The position numbers and the translations under genes were made by a program. A stretch of DNA of 64,000 nucleotides from Octopus sinensis (lineage: Eukaryota), in NCBI RefSeq assembly GCF_006345805.1, contig NC_043002.1:78058001-78122000 (forward strand), written 5' to 3'. Positions 25,674 through 37,198 of the stretch are shown piece after piece. The stretch's first letter is position 1. Every line of letters begins with the position of its first letter. The notes beneath the pieces are model-generated. The model searched no databases, was not told the origin of the DNA, and worked only from the letters and a program-made list of their open reading frames with translations.

Positions 25674-25730
25674 TAAAATAAATTTGTTTGAAATTTTAAG
25701 CTGTTTCCATTATTTTGTCCAACCACTGTG

Positions 25731-25789
<59 letters not shown>

Positions 25790-26371
25790 TATATATATGT
25801 GGCTCTCCTACAATAAATTTGTCCTTGTTCCTAAACTTAAGAAATCGTTTTAATACTGAATTAGTTTCCAATAACAAAAATCATCACTAATAAATAACTG
25901 ATTATTAACTAACATTGTTTTGAAGCAGGAAACATTTTGAATCTCAATATGAATAGTGCTAATGTTGATTTGTCTATATTATTGACTCAAGGGGTTTCCC
26001 CAGGCTCGAATATATCAATGATGAAATACTAGAAACTAGACAGTATTTTCTGTTGCATATAACCATTTACGTTGTTGGTGAAATGTAGTCTGTAGTTATT
26101 AATACTTTCATTGATTTTACAAATATATGTTATATACTTACCAGCAAAATATTACAAGGTGTGTGTGTGTATTAACATAAGTTTATATATGATAAAAATT
26201 GCTTGTTTAATGGAATCATTATTTTTAGTTCACTGATATGTTTTGACTATTATAATTTCTACTGTGAAAATGGAGGTTTTTATTTAACTTCTATATTTTT
26301 TTAGGGTTTTGCCATCAGGTTATCTGTTAGTCAAAAGTTTTTTCTTTGAAGGCAACATATAAGCTGTGAAC

Positions 26372-26416
<45 letters not shown>

Positions 26417-26699
26417 ACTATAGAACTATATTGCTTTCAAACCCCACCTCCTGCTCTATTGCTAATGTTTGTTGCTTCGAACAAAATTGATTTTTGTCTT
26501 TTTTAGGTGAGCACAAGGCCATAGATTTTTATACTACTGTACTAAACTTACTCATCCATCTCTTGTCACTTATCTTCTCTCTCACTCCAGGAGGGCCTAT
26601 ACAGTGTAAGAACATTAATTTTCTAGTGTTGATGGATGTGCAAGTGTTAGCAATAAGTAGCAGTACCTGAAATAAAAATATCTTATAACTCTTAATGGG

Positions 26700-26880
26700 T
26701 GGTTGTGTCACCACCAAGGACATTGACTTTAAGTAGTGAGTCAAGGCAAGTCAGGTGAGTGACTGCAGTTTGTGATTTGCGGGTAGTGGGGTTAAGAGTG
26801 GTGGAATAGCTTACCTTGGAATGCAGTGCAGATTGTGTTGGTTGAGAAAAAGTTTAAGTGGAGTGTGAGGGAGCTGATGT
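26700..26880 (+). mobile_element. Possible decayed L2/CR1 3' end remnant
   Basis: tgg aat agc tta cct = WNSLP followed by ..KKFK..; otherwise degenerate. Confidence 0.3.
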
Positions 26881-27519
26881 TTTAAAAAAAATTCTTAAAG
26901 AAAATATCTTAGGATAACTATTAATTATGGATCTTACAATCTGAGATAATTATCTTGAGTCTATTTTTTGTTTTTGAATTAGAACTTGTAAATAATGGAT
27001 ATGTAGATATGTAAGAAACATTATTCTGCCCACTGGCGAGTGTGCTATATACAAGGTCCATTTTTCCTGGGTGACTACCAATAAAATGATATATAAAATT
27101 CTTTTTTGCTTTTAGTTGACATTTTATAGTTGGTTGCAAATAACTTTGTAATATTTAATTTCAAAAGTTAATCAATTAAAAATTAAAAATAATTATCTTA
27201 AGTTGAGCATAATCGTTTACAAGTAGCTTAAAAAATTAAGCTATATGCTTCCAATTTAATCAGAAAGATTGCTATTATTTTACAGATTAATTTTATGGTT
27301 TTTCAACTGTATTTAGTACTGTTATGTTTACTTATTAAAAAATATTAGCATAATTTTGAAAATTATCTTTCAAGTTTTTTCTCTATTCTCTAGAACATGT
27401 AGGCTGCCTTGTCAAAGATGAAGTGTGAGATTTTTTAATCTTTGATAAAGTGTTATTTATTTATTTTATAATGTATTTGAACGATCTCTCATCTGGATGG
27501 GATGACAATCTGTCTCTGG

Positions 27520-27730
27520 TAGCTGTTAAGCTCCAGGTCATCCTGGATTGAGTAAACCTATGATCAAAGGCTTTCTGGCTGTGACTATCCTGTCTTTCTG
27601 TTGCAGGATTTATCTAGGAATGTATTACCTAATGTATGTTCCTGTTTTTTAAGGTAGTAGAGTGTGATTTGTGGGAAATTTGGTTGCTTTCTAGCAAGTT
27701 AAGTGACCTCAATAAGGCTCTCATGTTGAC
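27520..27730 (+). repeat. Unclassified interspersed repeat (ctccaggtca.ccctgattgag...tatgatcaaag family)
   Basis: Homologous segments at about 34604-34650 (+), 44090-44275 (-), 44690-44872 (+) and 49670-49850 (+). Confidence 0.6.
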
Positions 27731-28020
27731 TCTGGTTTTACCATCTGGATAGATTTGAACTCAGCACTGAAATATATGGAAACAGTTAATCAGCATAGTA
27801 GTACTTTGTACTTCAGTGAATTTTATCTACTCACAGTATCTATTTGTTGTTATATCCTATTTTAGTGCTTTTTATATGAGCATTAAAATATGATTTAATC
27901 TCCCTTTGCCCAGCAAGCCTGCACTTAATCAGTTTTTGTCATTTAATTTTTTTTTTGTGAATTAATGTCATTAAATTCTTAGTTGATTTTAAAAAGCCTT
28001 TCCGTTGAAAATGAACTGAA

Positions 28021-28419
28021 ATCATCTTCATCATCATCCACTCACTTTTCCATGCTTGCATGGATGAGAAAGCATTTGTTGTGATAGATTTTCTCTAGCT
28101 GGATGCCCTTCTTGTTGCCAACTGTTACCTTTTTCCAAGTAAGGTAATATTTCCCTATGGTCAGACATGTTTTCATAGAAGACTGGAAATAAATGACACT
28201 GCATGCATGAAAATGACGCTTATTTATGACAGCCATGCAATGTTAAGATGAAGCAACACACACACACCACAAACTTTTTTTTACTTTCCATCTACGAAAC
28301 CCACCTACAAAGGTTTGGTTGGTCCAGAGCTATAATCAAAGACACTTGTCCAATGCAATAGGACTGAACATAAAGCCATGTGATTGGGAAGCAAATTTCT
28401 TAACCATGCAGCAATGCCT
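28021..28419 (-). mobile_element. tRNA-headed SINE, tail-B type
   Basis: (CAT)n at the left end, tail B, (CA)n hinge, head at the right end. Confidence 0.75.
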
Positions 28420-28874
28420 AAACATAGACTTAAATTTTCTGATCAATTATTTCTGACGTGAGATATTTCTTTTACCATAGCTGTTATTTAAAGAAACCTT
28501 CTATTTTGAATCTGGCTATAACATAGTTGCAATTTATGCATATTGTGTTTCTTTGATTTTGATTAGAAGCTAGACTAATCGCTCTATTTGCAAACATTGC
28601 CACCGCTTTGATTTGATTGAGACATATTGATTATGTTTGTTTCTTTTGTTGCACAACTCGGATTAAAGCTCTTAACATTTTTTTTTCTCATCTCACCTTG
28701 GCATTATTTTAATTTTTTTTTTTTAGCCATGGGCTGGGTTTTAACCTACTTTGCAATTCTTCAGATTTACTCATGCCTCCACAGGTGTTAAGTAATTCAG
28801 GCAGTTATTCTCTCTTAATTGCAGGTAGAAAAAAAAAACAAGACAAAAATACTATTTACTCATTTTTATTAGTA

Positions 28875-29284
28875 GGTGTAGGAGTGGCTGTGTGGTAAGT
28901 AGCTTGCTTATGAACCACATGGTTGTGGGTTCAGTCCCACTGCATGGCACCTTGGGCAAGTGTCTTCTGTTATAGCCTTGGGGCCGACCAAAGCTTTGTG
29001 AGTGGATTTAGTAGACGGAAACTGAAAGAGGCCCGTCATATATATATATATGTACGTGTATATGTTTGTGTGCCTGTTTGTTCCCCCCCCCCACACGCAC
29101 ACATCGCTTGACAACCAATGCTGGTGTGTTATGTCCCTGTAACTTAGCAGTTCGGAAAAAGAAACTGATAGAATAAGTACTAGGCTTACAAAGAATGAGT
29201 CCTGGGGTTGATTTGCTCGACTAAAAGGCAGTGCTCCAGCATGGCTACAGTGAAATGACTGAAACAAGTAAAAGAGTAAAGAGA
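28875..29284 (+). mobile_element. tRNA-headed SINE, tail-A type, well-preserved full-length copy
   Basis: Colinear with and close to 14806-15200. Confidence 0.9.
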
Positions 29285-29751
29285 CTGTTACTTATGAAAC
29301 TGAAACATTTAAAATAATTATTATGAACATCTTTAAAAAATATTTTATTTATATATTTAATGTGTGATTGGGGCACTTATTTGTAACTATCACGTGATGC
29401 CCTTGACAAGGAGACACTAGCACTCTCTCTCTCTTTCACACGCACACAAAATATTCTTTCAGTGTTTGCACAGCAAATCCTCACATAAGGGTTTGGTCAG
29501 TCTGAGGTTGTAGTAGAAAACACTTGTCCTAGGTGCTGGGTCTTGTGTTGCAAGTTACTTGGTAACCTCACTAGTACCAGTGTCATGAAAAAAAAAAAAA
29601 AAAGCACAGAGCATACTCTGTAAAGTAGTTGGCATTAGGAAGGGTATTCAGCTGTAGAAACCATTCCAAAATTGACACTGGAGCTTGACAGGCTCATTAG
29701 ATTCTGTAGAACTGTCCAATCCATGCCAGCATGGAAGACAGAAGACATTAA

Positions 29752-29950
29752 CCCTTTAGAATTTAAACCAGCCATATTCGACCCAAATAGTCTATACGTT
29801 TCATGTTCAAATCTGACCTCTTACGCCTATCCTACAATGTCATTCTGAAAATAAACAATCATCAAAATCTCAAAACTTCAAGATAATGCATGATTCAAAA
29901 CATTATGAATAAATAAGCATTACATTTGACAAAATAGTATGAATGCTAGA
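29752..29950. mobile_element. piggyBac-type MITE family A inserted into the TTAA of an RTE-type tail
   Basis: ...gaagacaTTAA ccctttagaatt ... tgaatgctagagttcaatgatgatgat; the host tail resumes after the insert. Confidence 0.65.
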
Positions 29951-32600
29951 GTTCAATGATGATGATAGTGATGATTGGGAATATGGAATATTTCACATTT
30001 AGAATTTTTGAAGAGCTCTATCACTTTTGAAATGAGATAATTTTGAAATTTTATACTGCGGTATTAGACCCCCCCCCATATATTTCCTCTCTAAATTTCA
30101 TTCTTTCAAACTTGTGTTGGAGCAGTTTTTTCTGTTGTTGCAAATTTGGATATTTACATTTTGTTGAGACAGTTATTTCAAAACTTCAGTGGCCTTCCTT
30201 TAGCTAACCAGAGAAGAATGAGCACTTATTGTTTTCAGTCATGCAGACTAAAGCCATTAGTTATGTACCTTGGCAAAGGACACAATACTAGTAGTAGTAA
30301 CATTTGAATGTATAACCATCAGGTTATTGTTCATCATCTTAACCCTGTCATGTTGTATTCCTACTACAATTGAATTAAACTAAACATCTCTGCCGGATTC
30401 CCAGTAAAGTGGTAATGACCATCACACATAGCAAAAGATGCGGCTGATTCTGTTCATTATTTTGCTTGCAATCATTACTCTTGAGCGGTACATGCATCTC
30501 TTGATTTATTTTTTCTTGAGAAGCCTAGTCTGAGAGGGTTAAACTTAAAGCTTTTGGAAACTATTTCTTTAATCCTTGGGAGCCCAGGTCTGTGAGAGTC
30601 CAACTCAGAGCTTTAGGAAACTTGTCTCTTTAATCCACTCCTGTTGTGTATTATACTTATGTGTATTATACTCACTGTAAAATAAGCTTTTTTTGTTTTT
30701 TTTATTCGAATATGATACTCCTTATTTTTTCTTCTTCCTGTGCTTGAAGAAGCAAGGAGGATGCCTATGACCTTTATTGGTCCTCTGAGACAGATAAATG
30801 GTGTTGATGTTCTACTTAAACTATTGTAAGTCTACCTACAAGAAAGATTTGAACAGGGAGTTAACTCAGTTTTTCTGTGATAAACATTAAAGTGATCATT
30901 TTACTGATTAGTTTTTCATGTTCTTCCTTATCTCTAGTAGTAAGAGTTTGGAGAGCAAAAAAAAAAAAGTTTTGGATATTTATCATCTAGTTTGTCAGAA
31001 GTAAGATTAATCTATTTTAACTTATTTATTATATCTACCAATGGATTCACTAATATATTCACTATAAATTCTAGTGAATTTAATTTGGCACATTGTGAAA
31101 ATTTTAATTTCTAAGAGCTCTACATTAGAAGTTCTAGTCATGTTAATGGTTTGATGTATTTTAGTCTTGTGATTGATTTTAAAGCAATTTCTTCATCTGT
31201 ATCAGATCTTTTAATGCAGTGACTAATGTATATTAAAATTTTTAGTGAACAGTCTTTTGATAAAATTTTGAATTCTAGTTGAAATTAACTGCATCACTAA
31301 CTTCTGTTATGTTCTTCAGAAAGAAATATTAACACAACTTTTTTCCTTTTTTGCATCCAATAAATTTGAGACATTATTATTATTATTATTAGTTTTTCAT
31401 AGGAAAATAATTCTGCTTTGTATGCCTTTGCATGCAGGTTGTGGATAGTTTAGCTTTTACAATAACAGAATCATGGTTTCTTGTCATTGAATATGCTGGA
31501 TTTACCCCCTCCCCCCCCCATCAGTTAGAGCATACTCAATGTTGGTTTCTCTTTTTATCTCCATATTTTGTAAGTTTCAATTTTCAAAAAAAAATTTTTA
31601 GTAGTGATATTTTGATCTTTTAATTAATTGGTTTGGTGAAGTGGCAAGCTGGCAGGATCATTGGAACACCAAACAAAATGCCTTGCAGCTTCAAATGCCA
31701 CCAAGGTTAACTTTGCCTTTCACCCTTTCCAGGTTGATGAAATAACTACCAGCTGAGTGGGGTCGAAGTAATCGACTATCCCCATCTCCCAAAATTTCAG
31801 GCTTTCTCCCTGTTGTAGAAAGGTTTGGTAGTTTCCAACAATGTTAAATCAGTTTAAACATCGGTTCTTTTTCAATGAAGTTTGGTATGTCCTCTTGATA
31901 TGGTATGCCTGTAATTTTCTACTATTCCTCATAAAATGTATGCATGAATAACATTTCTTATCCCTCAAAGTTACTTTTACACTTATTTAGGGGTGGGAGT
32001 ATTATTGAAAGAGAAAATTTTCTTGTAAAATTTCTTAACATTCTAGGATTCAAAATGTTAGCTATAATAATTATAAATGTATAAAATATGTATGAAATTT
32101 ATATATATAAAAAAATTACATGTAATATAAGTTACATTTTAGATAAAAGGAATATTATTTCAAGTGAGATAAGATGAATTTCACATCAACAAAATGTGAT
32201 TTTCTAAAAAGGTGCTTAACAGTATGCCCATCTTGTGTTCAGAATCCAACTGAAAGCATAATTTTTTAGAAACTTTGTTTACTCTGTGTGTGAGTGAGTG
32301 AGAGAGATAGATATAAAGTACTACTAGAAAAACTGTCTGAATCTGAAAGCTTTCATTTTTCTAAAAATTTTAATGCTTTTCTGAAAATCTTTCTTCTGAA
32401 ATGAGACAGTATAAGCTGACAGTTTGTGCAAAAAGAATTTCAATTTTATTAGATTAATTTCTTGTTTGTTTTTGTCAACTAACTTTCATCTTTGGATGCC
32501 AGTCTTTACATATTTCTGTTTAAAATAAAGTGAGGTTCTGAAGAACTTTAACATTGCTCTATAAGAATTATGGATTTTACTAATTTACTTACCAAGTAAA

Positions 32601-32933
32601 GGCGCAGGAGTGGCTGTCTAGTGAGTAGCTTGCTTACCAACCACATGGTTACAGGTTCAGTCCCACTGCGTAGCACCTTGGGCAAGTATCTTCTATAGCC
32701 TCAGACTGACCAAGGCTTTGTGAGTGGATTTGGTAGACGGAAACTGAAAGAAGCCTGTTGTATTTATGCTGGTGTGTTTATGTCCCTGTAACTTAGCGGT
32801 TCGGTAAAAGAGACTGATAGAATAAGTATTAAGCTTACAAAGAATAAGTCCTGGGGTTGATCTGCTTAACTAAAAGCAGTGCTCCAGCATGGCCGCAGTC
32901 AAATGACTGAAACAAGTGAAAGAGTAAAGAGTA
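32601..32933 (+). mobile_element. tRNA-headed SINE, tail-A type, lacking the microsatellite hinge
   Basis: Head joined directly to gctggtgtgtttatgtccc; otherwise close to 14806-15200. Confidence 0.88.
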
Positions 32934-35012
32934 AGTGTGTTTGAATTATTTAACTTGAAAAAATACCAAGATCTCTGTATTTATTTCTTTTGTGTTGAGC
33001 AATGTTTACAGATAGGAAGTTGTCAAGAACATATGATGAGAAACTGATTTTGTTTAAAACTATAAGCATTTTCAATGTTAAAAAGAATCTTTGATTTTGG
33101 TAAACTCAGTGGTCTGAGAAGGTTACCGTTCTCATATTTTCAAGTATCTGTCACCACAGCTCAATTACTATGCTATGTATTTGTGTGTGTGTATGTAAAT
33201 ATTGGATACATGAATAGGTAAAGAATACTTTTAAATGTTTAAAATTGCTCTCTCTCTCTCTCTCTCTCTCTCTCTAATTAAATAAATAAATAAATAAGAT
33301 ATATATATATATCAGCAGCAGCAGCATTATTTAACATCCATTTTTCATGTTGGCATGGATTACATGATTTGTTAAGAATTATCAAACCAAGGGATTGTGC
33401 CAAGCTGTATTGCCTATTTTGGCTTAGTTTCGATGGCAGGATGCTCTAAACTTTTTGCTGTCAATTCACCTAAGGTATAGCTCTGACCTATTATAATTCA
33501 ATGGTTTTACAGCTGTTACTTCATATTGTGTATCAATATATTGATTCTCCTAAGAGAATTTGGCAAACATGGAGATAGCTATGTTGAGGAGTTTGAATGA
33601 AACAGAAACGTGTTCAAAGTTATCACTCAAACTTTTCAAAATCAAATTGAAATAATGTTCTCATTACTGAGCTCATGTTTTCTTTAATTAATGTTCTAAT
33701 TACTTCAAATTTTTTTTCTCATTACATTAAATATTATGGCTCTCACTGGACTATTACTCCCTCTAAGACTGTTTTAACTAGTATATGTTTTTTTGGAGAG
33801 CGTGGCAAGAAGAGGAGCAGGATTTATTTTTGTCATTTCCAGCAGGTAGAGCAACTGCATTTGATGAATATCCTCTTGAAGTGTTTTCACTAATACTGGT
33901 GGGACAAAATTAAAAAAAAAAAAAGGAAAAAACTTTCAGTTAATCATCTGAGAATTGGAGGAAAATATAAAATAATTACAATATTGATTATTCAAGAATA
34001 TTACCAATCAAGTTGAGAGTTGATCTTATTTATTATTTAAATATTTCATCATAATAAAACACAACTGCATCTTTCTTTCTAACAAAGACTGTTAATGATA
34101 TCAGACTTGTGTTTGATATCGTGCGTGTGTAGGTGTGTTTGGCATATTGTGTGTGGTCATTAGGCTTCAATTATGAACTTCTCAAATGTCTTGCTTTTGA
34201 GCGAGATAACTAAATTTGTGTGTTGTGGATAAATCAACTGTTTCTAGATGACTGAATTAATATATTGTCACGTAGTCTAGTGCCCCTGTGTCTGGTTAGT
34301 AATAGGAACCTATTGTCAAACTACAATAACTTTTAAGTTCTGCATCAATTTGGTTATTAATGTTCTACATCACATTCACAACAACTGGGGCATTGACTTA
34401 GCTTTCAGATTCTAAAAGTTTACAAGGTCAATATTTACAATATTGAATTTGAGGTTAGATCTTTTTTTTTTTTTGTGTTTGTTTGGTTCCTATTCCAGAG
34501 AACAATATCTATTTATTGTTTGCAATTAATAGCCATTTTTCTTTGCATAGTTCATCTCTCTCTCTCTCTCTCCTTTACTTTTCTTTTTTTTTCTTTTGAC
34601 TCCCCAGGTCAGCCCTGATCAACACTCATAATGGAAGACATTCCCAATGAAGCCTTTCCCATATTTTTTTTTTTTGCATGCACACACACATACACATGTG
34701 ACAGTCTTTTTTCTGTTTCCTCTACCAAATCAACTCATAAGGCTTTTCTTAGCCTATGGCTATAGTAGAAAGCTCCTGGTGCCATGCAGTAGGGCTGAAC
34801 CTAGAACTATGTGGTTGGGAGGCAAACTTATCACAGGGCCCCACCTGTACCTTGGCATTAGGAAGGGCATCCACTTGTAGAAACCATGCCAAATCAGATT
34901 GGAACCTGGTGCAGCTTGCCAGTTTTCAGTCAGTCAAACCATCCAACACATGCCAGCATAGAAAACGAACAGTAAATGATGTGTGTGTATGTATATATAT
35001 ACATACATACAC

Positions 35013-35043
<31 letters not shown>

Positions 35044-35056
35044 TATATAATATATA

Positions 35057-35103
<47 letters not shown>

Positions 35104-36827
35104 TCATTTTGAAAAAGTGAAATGGGTAAGAATATTAGGAATAATGAGTCATCTACTGATTTGTAATTCTATCAAATTTTACCAACAAATACATAAACCC
35201 TGGCTGGATTCCATATTATGTCAGAAGGCTTGTGACCAGGTATAATTGTTGGTTGTCACTATAAATGTTAGTAGTCATAGTTAAAATTATTTGTCCTAGC
35301 TGTTGTCCCAAACATCTGCAGTATTTAATAGAATTCACTGTCACTATACTTGTTAGTTCTCTTCTGAATGGTGGCTCGCTTGGCCAAAATTCAGTTTAGA
35401 TGTTAATTGACTATAATTATTGTGGTGTTGCCAAGTCGTGATGATTCTTGTATCCAAAATGGTATTGAACACATAGATGTTGTTTAATTTTGTTTCCTCC
35501 AGAACCAATATAGGAAGGTGTCCTTGTTTTAAGGTATGAACTGGTTGAGGTATCTCTATAACTGAATACAGTTTCTAGGGTGGGTGGGTTATGGGAATAT
35601 TTAATTCTAATGTAGGAAAATAATACAGTCCATGTTAAGTTGTTTGCCCTTATTCTACAGCTTGGATAAGTGAGAGCTTCACCATGAACAGGGTACCCTC
35701 ACATACAGAAATTCAAATACTGAACATCCAGACTGGCTTGCCAATTATTTTACAGGCTTGTCCAGCTGTTGTAACCCTGTGCCCTATTGTTTACTAAAAC
35801 TGTTGCTGTGATTTTCATTAACTGTTCTTTTGTTATAGTTGGCTATTGGGAGATATTTAGCTAAGCAGCTTCCCACTCTTAGAAAGAAAAGAAAAGAAAA
35901 AAAAAACACTTGGACTTATTGCTTAACTCTCCATCTCTTTCTGTTATATTTTTTTTATTAGTAAGAATAGGTGTGTGTGCATGCACGTGTATACACACCC
36001 TCTCTTTTTTTCTTTATATTAGTTAGAACAGGTTACTTACTTTGTATCACACATGTGTGCATGCACATCATTTACTTTCACACATTACTCATTCTTGAAA
36101 CAAATTTAATGAAACAAAAGAAATTTTGCGAGTGCTTCATGAGTGTGGATTGTACTGAAACAGTAATTCTGTTATTGCCTGTGATACTACCGTGTTGCAT
36201 AGCAATCCTATTAATGCAGATGGCAGTAATTGAGGTACTAAAATACTATAAAAAAAAAATAATCAAAATATGAAGTATTATAATACACTTCCTTTCATTA
36301 ACTTCTGTGTCATTAATGTCAAACTAGTACTAGACAAGTCTTTTGCTTGGTTGAGGATGTTTTGTATTTATACCTTGTTTGCCTGGGTTGAATATGTTTT
36401 AACAATATATATTGGTGGAAAATTGTATTGTGTGCGTGTGGTTGCTATTAACTGTCATATATCTAAATTAGGTCAAATATGTTTTTCTCAATATTTAATT
36501 TTGCTCGGAATAGCCGGTTCTTTTGGTCAAACTATTGTATCTCCAGCTGCTTCAGATGCCAAGATATGAAAATTGTCAAAATATAGTACAATGGTGTAGC
36601 ATTTTCCAAAAGTGTTGTAAGTCCCACATACTACAGTTTTGCAAAAATATTTCTGACTGAAAATATCATACATGCATGCAGTGACTATTTTATGCACCCA
36701 ACAAACTATTATTGTTAAGCTGAAACTGTTGCTAATGTAAACAGAAACGAAATGGTGAAACTATTTTTTTTGTTTTCTGTAAAAGCAATGTTTTGGACTT
36801 ACAGCACTTTTGCATAATAGCAATATT

Positions 36828-36988
36828 ACTTTTATTCAGTCATAGGACTGGCTATGCTGGGGCACCCCTCAAACGATTTACTAGAACAAATCCAGTACTT
36901 TTTAAGTCTGTGGAACTGCTAAGTTACAAAGACATAAACAAACCAACACTGTTTGTGAAGGGTTAAGCTGTAGGGATCACAAAGACAC

Positions 36989-37026
<38 letters not shown>

Positions 37027-37198
37027 TATATATATATAAGCTTCTGTGCAGTTTCAATCTACCAAATTGACTCATAAGGCATTGGTCAGCACAGGACTAT
37101 AGTAGAAGACACCTGCTTCTGGTGCTGAACTGTGGGACTGAACCCAAAGCCATGTAGTTGCAAAGTGAGCTTCTTAACTACACAGTTGTGCCTGTGGC
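36828..37198 (-). mobile_element. tRNA-headed SINE, tail-A type, diverged
   Basis: Reverse complement is colinear with 14806-15200; (CA)n/(TA)n hinge. Confidence 0.75.

Larger units (their letters stand above)
24484..25728 (+). mobile_element. Tc1/mariner transposon remnant: frameshifted transposase with DD36E-type spacing and right TIR; 5' part missing; two nested insertions
   Basis: SGRKQELSDRD...RKPLLSK, WKSVIFLDEPSF (D at 24771), TVKHGG, IQDDNVPIH (D at 25236), WPPPSPDLNIIEHLW (E at 25347). Right TIR gtttccattattttgtccaaccactg (rc CAGTGGTTGGACAAAATAATGGAAAC) ends at 25728. Confidence 0.9.

Noticed and set aside
30748-30830. Plus-strand segment ending in gtaagt and reading RRMPMTFIGPLRQINGVDVLLKL
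   Set aside because: Weak GAAG acceptor, a length incompatible with the phase-0 intron, and no known motif.
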